NCBI GenBank assembly: GCA_041663425.1
Contig: JBAYMS010000002.1
Span: 2,076 to 66,075, forward strand
Source of the DNA: Candidatus Omnitrophota bacterium
GTDB taxonomy: Bacteria > Omnitrophota > Gorgyraeia > 2-01-FULL-45-10
DNA: 64,000 nucleotides
Direction: 5' to 3'
The notes below the pieces were generated by a model. It had not been told where the DNA came from. It worked only from the letters and a program-made list of their open reading frames with translations, and made no database searches. Shown in pieces: positions 57,501 to 64,000 of the stretch (positions are counted from its first letter, which is position 1; each line of letters starts with the position of its first letter). Made by a program: the position numbers and the translations under genes.

Positions 57501-57629
57501 TTTAAGCGTTGAATGAATAAACGGCATATAATATAATGTTTTTGGGTAAGGTGGTAGAAGTCCCTCGTTGCTGGGATAATGCTACAGCACTCGGCACAAA
57601 ATATTTAAACTCTGACGATATAGGCTGAA

Positions 57630-57714
57630 ATAAACTTTTGCGGGCGTGGCGGAATTGGCAGACGCGCACGGCTTAGGACCGTGTGCCGTAAGGCTTGGGG
57701 GTTCAAGTCCCTCC
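57630..57714 (+). tRNA. tRNA-Leu (anticodon TAG)
   Basis: 85 nt; long variable arm; anticodon loop CTTAGGA; acceptor GCGGGCG/CGCCCGC; encoded CCA. Confidence 0.85.
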
Positions 57715-57844
57715 GCCCGCACCAACTATATTGGCACAAGCTAATAATGATAATTCGTCTTGCGCTTCTCAAGCGTTTGATAAGGCATGTTCTCAATCCA
57801 GTTGTTTTATCAATGATTTATTAAATCAGATAACTAACTATTTT

Positions 57845-57896
57845 AAAATTTACAAGGCAATATTTCATATTGTTTAAAGCTTGTAAATTTAATTAA
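57845..57896. promoter_or_regulatory. Perfect 10-11-bp inverted repeat AAATTTACAAG...CTTGTAAATTT with a 30-nt spacer in an AT-rich upstream region
   Basis: Direct reading of the sequence; it sits about 130 bp upstream of the 58025 gene. Confidence 0.3.
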
Positions 57897-58024
57897 GACA
57901 TAAAAAAGCAAGCTTTTTACTATTGACTTTCCTTTTTCCTCAGGTAAACTTGAAATAGCTTCACGAAATGAAGTATTTGTTTTTGGAACTTATTAAACTA
58001 GTGTAAAAAGTAAAAAGGGAGGAG

Positions 58025-58534
58025 GTGAAAATAATGAAAACAAAAAGCTTAGTTATTTTTTTAGTAGTAGTATTTATGTGTGCAGGACCAGCGTTGGCGG
58101 CGGTGTCTCAATTCGAGCTGGATGTATTGCCTGCTAGTACCGTTTTCGAGAGTGGAAGTCCGATAGTGATTGATGTCGGAGTGAGAAATTTAACAGATGC
58201 CGATACATCCTATTTAGTGCGCTCCCAAAGCGGAACGTATCCTACTAAGTATACTTCTTCCTATGCAGTTCAGGTTGAATATAGTTTGTATGATACCGAT
58301 CTGAAGCGTTACGTGATAGCTACTACGAGAGTAAATGCTGAAGGACTTTGCGTATACGGGAAATCCAGAGTTTCGCTGCAAAGTCTGGAGCTGGATAGTC
58401 TTGCCAACGGCTTGGCGCGTGGTCACTACAAACTTACCATTGCGCTTAGGTTAAAAAGCACTGGCTTGAGTATTCCCTCGGATATTAAGCTGTTAGCAGG
58501 TATGGTTTACACGAAGAGTATCACAGTTATTTAA
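58025..58534 (+). CDS. Secreted hypothetical protein
   Basis: AAGGGAGGAGG RBS; signal peptide SLVIFLVVVFMCAGPALA; 169 aa; beta-rich; no known motif. Confidence 0.55.
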   Translation: MKIMKTKSLVIFLVVVFMCAGPALAAVSQFELDVLPASTVFESGSPIVIDVGVRNLTDADTSYLVRSQSGTYPTKYTSSYAVQVEYSLYDTDLKRYVIATTRVNAEGLCVYGKSRVSLQSLELDSLANGLARGHYKLTIALRLKSTGLSIPSDIKLLAGMVYTKSITVI

Positions 58535-58601
58535 TGGCGATGGCAGAATACGCAACATGGCGATCAAAGTTCCGTGATAAAAATTTTGATCGTTTTGTAA
58601 A

Positions 58602-58637
58602 AGAAACTTCCTTATAAAAAAGGAAGTTTCTTTTTAT
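58602..58637 (+). terminator. Intrinsic terminator
   Basis: AGAAACTTCCTT-ataaaaa-AGGAAGTTTCT followed by TTTTATTT. Confidence 0.55.
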
Positions 58638-58711
58638 TTGCAAAAATTCACAAACCATGGTATAAAATTACCACATACTAAAATGCAATATAGCAATAAA
58701 GTATTTATGAC

Positions 58712-58787
58712 GCCCGCATAGCTCAATTGGCAGAGCAGGACACTCTTAATGTCAAGGTTCCAAGTTCGATTCTTGGTGCGGGCACCA
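58712..58787 (+). tRNA. tRNA-Lys (anticodon CTT)
   Basis: 76 nt; acceptor GCCCGCA/TGCGGGC; anticodon loop CTCTTAA; T-loop TTCGATT; CCA encoded. Confidence 0.85.
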
Positions 58788-58800
58788 GTAAAAAAATAAC

Positions 58801-58875
58801 GCGGCGGTAATTCAGTGGTAGAATGCGACCTTGCCAAGGTCGATGTCGTGGGTTCGAACCCCATCCGCCGCTCCA
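58801..58875 (+). tRNA. tRNA-Gly (anticodon GCC)
   Basis: 75 nt; acceptor GCGGCGG/CCGCCGC; anticodon loop TTGCCAA; T-loop TTCGAAC; CCA encoded. Confidence 0.85.
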
Positions 58876-58976
58876 TTTTATTTGAATTAGAGTAGTCAGA
58901 TGGTCTACGTGTCATACTGGCACGATCAATCCATCCGCCGTTTCATTGTTGACGCTAGCACCAAAAGGAGACTCGT

Positions 58977-59441
58977 ATGAAGATCATGGATTTTCTAAAC
59001 AAGAAGGCGATAACAGCCAACTTAAAAGCTTCAGATAAAGAAGGCGTGATAAGAGAGATGGTCGATCTTCTTGCTAAAGCCGACGAAATTAAGAACAAAG
59101 AAGAACTTACCAAAGCGTTGCTTACCAGAGAATCTTTAGGCTCGACCGGTATAGGCCAGGGGATAGGTATACCTCATGCTAAATCATCTAATTCCAAAAA
59201 TCTTGTGGCCGCATTCGGATTGTCCCAGAAGGGCGTAAATTTTGATTCTCTCGATGGAGAACCAGTTTACATATTCTTCCTTCTTATAGCACCGGAAGAA
59301 TCAGCCGGACCCCACCTGAAAGCGCTCGCCAGAATATCCCGTATGTTGAAAGATAAATACTTCAGAGAAATGCTGAAAAAATCTAAAGACGAAAAAGAGA
59401 TACTTCACATAATTCAGGAAGAAGATTCTAAGAAGTATTAA
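58977..59441 (+). CDS. ptsN: PTS IIA-Ntr-type regulatory protein (EIIA fructose/mannitol family)
   Basis: 154 aa; phosphorylation-site motif GIGIPHAKS. Confidence 0.8.
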   Translation: MKIMDFLNKKAITANLKASDKEGVIREMVDLLAKADEIKNKEELTKALLTRESLGSTGIGQGIGIPHAKSSNSKNLVAAFGLSQKGVNFDSLDGEPVYIFFLLIAPEESAGPHLKALARISRMLKDKYFREMLKKSKDEKEILHIIQEEDSKKY

Positions 59442-59457
59442 ACAAGGCGAGTTTAAA

Positions 59458-60699
59458 GTGAAAATTTTAAAAGCTTTTAAGTGGCTTTACCCTGGCATGT
59501 GGGTAAAGCGCTGGATATTGCTTACGGTATTTGGTGTTATCCTTATATCTATGGGATTCGTGATGGTGCTTTTGGAGCAGCACACGAAGAATAAAACTTT
59601 TGCCGGCATTATAATAATTCTGGGCGTACTTGCGGTAATAACCGGTATAAAACGTATAATTAAATCGCTCGTTGCGGTATTTTTACCGCAAAGTGAAGAC
59701 GAGCTTGTAGATAAAGTTTATAAGAAGAGGGTGCTTGAAAAAGGGCCTAAGATAGTAGTAGTAGGCGGCGGCACCGGACTTTCAACTCTTCTGAGAGGTT
59801 TAAAAGAATATACTAGCAATATAACGGCCATTGTTACTGTGGCCGATGACGGAGGATCTTCTGGACGGCTAAGAAAAGAGTTTGACGTTCTGCCTCCAGG
59901 CGATATACGTAACTGTCTTGTAGCGCTTGCTGATGCCGAACCTCTCGTAGGGAAACTGTTCCAGTACAGATTCGATGAAGGCACTGAGCTGGCGGGCCAC
60001 AATTTCGGCAACCTTTTTATCACTGCTCTTTCGCAGGTTACAGGCGACTTCGACGCTGCCATAAAAGAATCCAGCAAAGTTCTCGCTATCAGAGGCAGGG
60101 TCCTGCCGTCAACACTTGACAAGGTCAATCTGGTGGCGGAGCATCCGGACGGCTCGGAGACTATAGGTGAAAGTTTAATACCGAAATCATCAAAGACCAT
60201 AAAGCGTATACATCTGCGTCCGGTAAATTGCAGGCCTACTGATGAGGCGCTGGATGCTATAAAGAAGGCCGATGTTATAGTTCTGGGCCCCGGTAGTTTG
60301 TATACCAGTATTATGCCGAACCTTATGGTCGGTAAGATATATCAGGAAGTGATCAATTCTAAGGCTATAAAAATTTATGTGTGTAATGTTATGACGCAGA
60401 AGGGCGAGACGGAAGATTATAAAGCAAGTGATCACCTTAAAGCTATAATAGACCACACAGCGCCGGGGATAGTGGATTATTGTGTTATAAATACGGCTAA
60501 GATAAGGCCGGATATGCTGGAAAAATATAAAGCCGAAGAAGCATATCCAGTCATCCCGGATGTGGAAAATCTTAAAAAATTAAAATGTAAAGTGATCGAA
60601 GCGCATATAGCTAAATCTGAAGGTTATGTAAGGCACGATCATGATAAAGTTTCGAAGATAATAGTTGACCTGGCCACAAGCCTTAAAAATACAAAGTAA
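59458..60699 (+). CDS. YvcK/CofD-like gluconeogenesis factor family protein (UPF0052) with N-terminal TM segment
   Basis: VVVGGGTGLSTLLRGLK...VADDGGSSGRLR signature; 413 aa. Confidence 0.8.
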   Translation: MKILKAFKWLYPGMWVKRWILLTVFGVILISMGFVMVLLEQHTKNKTFAGIIIILGVLAVITGIKRIIKSLVAVFLPQSEDELVDKVYKKRVLEKGPKIVVVGGGTGLSTLLRGLKEYTSNITAIVTVADDGGSSGRLRKEFDVLPPGDIRNCLVALADAEPLVGKLFQYRFDEGTELAGHNFGNLFITALSQVTGDFDAAIKESSKVLAIRGRVLPSTLDKVNLVAEHPDGSETIGESLIPKSSKTIKRIHLRPVNCRPTDEALDAIKKADVIVLGPGSLYTSIMPNLMVGKIYQEVINSKAIKIYVCNVMTQKGETEDYKASDHLKAIIDHTAPGIVDYCVINTAKIRPDMLEKYKAEEAYPVIPDVENLKKLKCKVIEAHIAKSEGYVRHDHDKVSKIIVDLATSLKNTK

Positions 60700-60702
60700 A
60701 TT

Positions 60703-60981
60703 ATGACAGTTGAAAAAGTAGTTACTATAAAAAATAAGCAAGGGTTGCATGCCAGGCCTGCCGCGCTGTTTGTGCAGATCGCGAATAAGTTTACCAGCGA
60801 GATCACTATCGTTAAGGGCAAGCAGAAGATAAACGGCAAATCTATAATGGGCATAATGATGCTGGCAGCCGCTGCGGGTTCCAAGATAACTATTATCGCG
60901 AATGGCGATGATGCAGATAAGGCTATGGCAGAGCTTGAAAAGTTGCTGCTCATCGACGACATCGATGAATTTGTAATATAA
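60703..60981 (+). CDS. ptsH: Phosphocarrier protein HPr
   Basis: 92 aa; active-site GLHARPA (His15) and SIMGIM. Confidence 0.85.
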   Translation: MTVEKVVTIKNKQGLHARPAALFVQIANKFTSEITIVKGKQKINGKSIMGIMMLAAAAGSKITIIANGDDADKAMAELEKLLLIDDIDEFVI

Positions 60982-61001
60982 AGAAGAAAGAGCTTCGTTA
61001 T

Positions 61002-62768
61002 ATGACAAAGAAAAAAGAGATAGTGCTTAAGGGTATTCCGGCCTCTCCGGGCATTACTACCGGTAAGGCCTTTTTGTATGGCCGGGAACAATATACGATC
61101 CCTCGCCGTACGATAACGGATCTGCAGATACAGACAGAGATCAAGCGTTTTAAAGACGCCCTCATCCAGACTAAAAACGAAATACAGGACATAAAAAAAC
61201 ATATCTCTGACGAGATGGGGGCAGAGCACGGCCAGATATTCAGCGCCCATCTGCTTGTAATCGATGACAGCATGCTTATCGAAGAGGTTATATCGAGACT
61301 TAAGAGAGAGCGGTTGTCGATAGAGTACATTTTCCAGGACGTTCTCAGGAGATATATAAAAGTATTTTCTGAGATGGATGATGAATATTTAAAAGAACGT
61401 ATCAGCGATGTTAACGATGTCGGCCGCAGGGTACTAAAAAATCTCATAGGCGCTAAGGAAGATGTACTAGCCAATCTTAAAGAGAAAGTCGTTGTTATTG
61501 CTTACGACCTTTCACCCTCCGATACAGCTACGATGCACAAGAAAAACGTTATCGCCTTCGCTACGGATATAGGAGGCAGGACGTCTCACACAGCCATCAT
61601 GGCAAAATCTCTCGAGATCCCGGCGGTAGTAGGACTTGAGAGCGCTACTAAAAGAGTTGAATCCGGCGACAGTATCATAATAGACGGCACTCACGGTGTT
61701 GTAATAATAAACCCCTCTCCTAACACTGCGAAAAAGTACGAAAAAGATAAAGTAAAGTTTGCCGAAGTAGAGAAGCATCTCCTTGAGCTGAAGAATCTGC
61801 CGTGCGTTACTCTAGACGGTAAAAATATAGAATTATCCGCGAATATCGAAGTTCCTGAAGATGTGCCTTCGGTAATAGCCCACGGAGCCTCGGGTATAGG
61901 ATTATACAGGACAGAGTATTTCTATATGAATAGAAAAGACCTGCCGCCCGAAGAAGACCAGTTCAAGGCATACTCCGCCGTGGTAAAGAAGATGAAGCCT
62001 CATCCGGTTATAGTAAGGACGCTCGATATAGGCGGAGATAAGTTTTTGTCGCAGCTTGAAGTCCCTCAGCAGATGAACCCGTTCCTTGGGTGGAGGGCTA
62101 TAAGATTTTGTCTGGCGAGACCTGACATATTTAAATCTCAGTTGAGAGCCATCCTTCGCGCTTCGGCTCATGGAAAACTTAAGGTCATGTATCCTATGAT
62201 ATCGGGCCTTGAAGAATTAAAACAGGCCAATGCCTTATTAAAGGAAGCCCAGGACGAGCTTAAGAATGAGGGTATTCCTTTCGATGAGGGAATGGAAGTA
62301 GGTGCTATGATAGAGGTGCCATCTGCTGCCATCACCAGTGATATACTTGCAAAAGAAGTGGACTTCTTTTCTATAGGGACAAACGATCTTATCCAGTATT
62401 CGCTGGCCGTTGACAGGGTTAATGAGAAGATAGCATATCTTTATGAACCTGCTCATCCGGCCGTGCTCCGCCTTATCAAAAGTGTTATTGAGAACGGTCA
62501 CAATGCCGGTGTGTGGGTAGGCATGTGCGGTGAAATGGCCGGAGACATAGTTATGACCATAATACTTCTCGGTCTGGGCCTGGATGAATTCAGCACCTCT
62601 CCGATAGCTATTCCGGAGATAAAGCGCATAATAAGATCTGTGACGCTTCGTCAGGCTAAAGAGATAGCCCAGGAGGCTATCAGTCTTCCCACAGGGAAAG
62701 AAGTTGAGAAGTTTGCGAAGAAAAAATTGATGGAAATAGTACCGGACCTTGCGATAGAAGTGGAATAG
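61002..62768 (+). CDS. ptsI: Phosphoenolpyruvate-protein phosphotransferase (Enzyme I)
   Basis: 588 aa; phospho-His domain GGRTSHTAIMAKSLEIPAVVG; PEP-utilising TIM barrel with catalytic Cys (GMCGEMAGD). Confidence 0.9.
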   Translation: MTKKKEIVLKGIPASPGITTGKAFLYGREQYTIPRRTITDLQIQTEIKRFKDALIQTKNEIQDIKKHISDEMGAEHGQIFSAHLLVIDDSMLIEEVISRLKRERLSIEYIFQDVLRRYIKVFSEMDDEYLKERISDVNDVGRRVLKNLIGAKEDVLANLKEKVVVIAYDLSPSDTATMHKKNVIAFATDIGGRTSHTAIMAKSLEIPAVVGLESATKRVESGDSIIIDGTHGVVIINPSPNTAKKYEKDKVKFAEVEKHLLELKNLPCVTLDGKNIELSANIEVPEDVPSVIAHGASGIGLYRTEYFYMNRKDLPPEEDQFKAYSAVVKKMKPHPVIVRTLDIGGDKFLSQLEVPQQMNPFLGWRAIRFCLARPDIFKSQLRAILRASAHGKLKVMYPMISGLEELKQANALLKEAQDELKNEGIPFDEGMEVGAMIEVPSAAITSDILAKEVDFFSIGTNDLIQYSLAVDRVNEKIAYLYEPAHPAVLRLIKSVIENGHNAGVWVGMCGEMAGDIVMTIILLGLGLDEFSTSPIAIPEIKRIIRSVTLRQAKEIAQEAISLPTGKEVEKFAKKKLMEIVPDLAIEVE

Positions 62769-62770
62769 AT

Positions 62771-63838
62771 ATGGCGTCGCTCGATGACCTGAAACTGGTA
62801 GAAAAGTACGACAAGTCAGACATGCTAGGAACGATCGAATTATTTCCGAGGCAATGCCTGGAAGCTAAGAGTATAGGATTGTCGTTCAACCTCCCTGAAG
62901 CCTACAGAATCCCTTATCGCAATATAATCTGTACCGGCCTTGGCGGCTCAGCTATCGGAGCCGATATTTTACGTTCCTATCTATGGAATAAGATAAAAAT
63001 ACCGTTATTTGTAAACAGGAATTACGTTCTACCCGCATTTGCAGATCAGGATACGTTGGTGGTCGTATGCAGTTATTCCGGTAATACGGAAGAAACTATA
63101 AATGCTTATCGTGACGCAAAGAAAAAAGGCGCCAAGGCGGTTATTGCAACGACAGGCGGTATTCTGCGAAAATTGGCGGAGAAAGACGGCGTTCCGGTTA
63201 TTCCTATACCAAAGGGGCTGCAGCCCAGATGCGCAATAGGCTACATGGCTATAACGGTTCTTATTCTGTTGTCTAAAATAGGCATTCTAAGCAGCAGTTT
63301 GCGGGAAATAGATGAAACGGTTGAAGTTCTCGATAATATCAGGCGTAAAAAGGCAGGGTTTGCCGTCCGCGAGAATAAGAATATTGCCAAAAAGATAGCC
63401 CGTGCGCTTTATGGAAAATATCCGGTTATATATGCAAGCCAGGATTATATGGATTGTGCGGTTACAAGGCTGCGTGGAGAGCTTTCTGAAAATGCCAAGA
63501 TCCTTTCTGCCGGAAATTCGTTTCCGGAGATGAATCACAATGAAATAGAAGGCTGGGATGGCGGCAAAAAAATATTCAGGGATTTTACCGCAGTAATTTT
63601 AAGAGATACTTTTGATCATCCTCAGATATCCAGAAGAATGGATATAACGGAAAAAATAATAAGCAGGGAAGGAGTCAGGGTAATAGAGGTTTATTCTGAA
63701 GGCCGGTCAAGGCTGGCCAGGATCTTTTCCCTCGTATATATCGGGGATTTTATAAGCTTGTATCTGGCAATACTGAACAGGACGGATCCGACGCCCGTAG
63801 AACGTATTTCGGAAATTAAAAAAAATCTAAAAAAATGA
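62771..63838 (+). CDS. Bifunctional phosphoglucose/phosphomannose isomerase-family SIS protein
   Basis: 355 aa; SIS motif IICTGLGGSAIGADIL...VCSYSGNTEET; stop/start coupled to ptsI. Confidence 0.65.
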   Translation: MASLDDLKLVEKYDKSDMLGTIELFPRQCLEAKSIGLSFNLPEAYRIPYRNIICTGLGGSAIGADILRSYLWNKIKIPLFVNRNYVLPAFADQDTLVVVCSYSGNTEETINAYRDAKKKGAKAVIATTGGILRKLAEKDGVPVIPIPKGLQPRCAIGYMAITVLILLSKIGILSSSLREIDETVEVLDNIRRKKAGFAVRENKNIAKKIARALYGKYPVIYASQDYMDCAVTRLRGELSENAKILSAGNSFPEMNHNEIEGWDGGKKIFRDFTAVILRDTFDHPQISRRMDITEKIISREGVRVIEVYSEGRSRLARIFSLVYIGDFISLYLAILNRTDPTPVERISEIKKNLKK

Positions 63839-63848
63839 GAGGTAAATA

Positions 63849-64000
63849 ATGACACTCGTAATCTTAGCAGCAGGTTATGCTGTAAGGCTTCAGCCATTAA
63901 CAACGAATACGTCTAAATCGCTTCTCCCAATAGGTAATAAGAAAATAATAGACAGGATACTTGAGAAGGTGCTGGGTGCGAAAGGCATCGGTTCAATATA
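63849..64000 (+). CDS. Sugar-phosphate nucleotidyltransferase (3'-truncated by the window edge)
   Basis: MTLVILAAGYAVRLQPLTTNTSKSLLPIGNK matches the (G)xGxR-type N-terminus of mannose-1-P guanylyl- and glucose-1-P thymidylyl-transferases. Confidence 0.6.
   Translation, partial: MTLVILAAGYAVRLQPLTTNTSKSLLPIGNKKIIDRILEKVLGAKGIGSI

Noticed and set aside
57605-57796. 63-aa ORF on the - strand overlapping tRNA-Leu
   Set aside because: It overlaps a confidently folded tRNA and has no RBS, so it is spurious.
58634-58915. 93-aa ORF on the - strand (…GFEPTTSTLARSHSTTELPP…)
   Set aside because: It is antisense to tRNA-Lys and tRNA-Gly. GFEPTTS is the classic translation of a tRNA complement, so it is spurious.
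1-64000. CRISPR arrays, IS elements or transposases, integrases, rRNA
   Set aside because: No short regularly spaced direct repeats, no DDE or tyrosine or serine recombinase-like ORFs, and no rRNA-like stretches were seen. The only mobile-element-like signal is the tRNA-Arg tail duplication, reported separately.

Overview
This 64-kb window is a gene-dense chromosomal segment, mostly coding on the + strand, with an estimated GC content of about 43-45%. It most likely comes from a diderm (lpxD, TolC-like, OmpA-LysM, entericidin) and probably anaerobic bacterium (class III RNR nrdDG, thyX, a Ni-free Ehr-type complex-I/hydrogenase-like module). In order along the window: (1) a 5'-truncated PII (GlnB-like) gene abutting an ArsB/NhaD-superfamily permease and a class-I glutamine amidotransferase; (2) a cobalamin-riboswitch-like leader followed by thyX-nrdD-nrdG; (3) a 1132-aa secreted alpha-helical repeat protein; (4) guaB; (5) a divergent pair comprising an 895-aa secreted protein with CBM4/9-like modules and a homospermidine-synthase-like dehydrogenase; (6) a TetR-TolC-EmrA-EmrB efflux operon with repeated TGAAT-N4-ATTCA operator-like palindromes; (7) a patatin lipoprotein and an envelope island bracketed by two inverted lpxD paralogs with near-identical nucleotide cores; (8) a six-gene Ehr-type operon (NuoL/H/K-like/N/CD/B homologues) whose catalytic-subunit homologue lacks the NiFe cysteine ligands; (9) uppP and dedA; (10) a chemosensory operon (CheR-TPR, 2x CheW, Cache-MCP, CheA-REC, CheY, CheB) followed by a 1383-aa membrane multi-PAS histidine kinase, an orphan HK core, two single-domain receivers and a T2SS/T4P-like filament cluster (GspE/F/G/I/J/K plus L/M/C-like or PilMNOP-like genes, no secretin in window); (11) four tRNAs (Arg-TCG, Leu-TAG, Lys-CTT, Gly-GCC), with an exact 29-nt duplication of the tRNA-Arg 3' end 140 bp downstream (att-scar-like); (12) a regulatory PTS-Ntr cluster (ptsN, yvcK-like, ptsH, ptsI) followed by PGI/PMI and a partial sugar nucleotidyltransferase. 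No rRNA, CRISPR array, transposase or integrase was recognised. All calls rest on motif and architecture recognition from the translated ORFs and direct reading of the DNA; no database searches were run.
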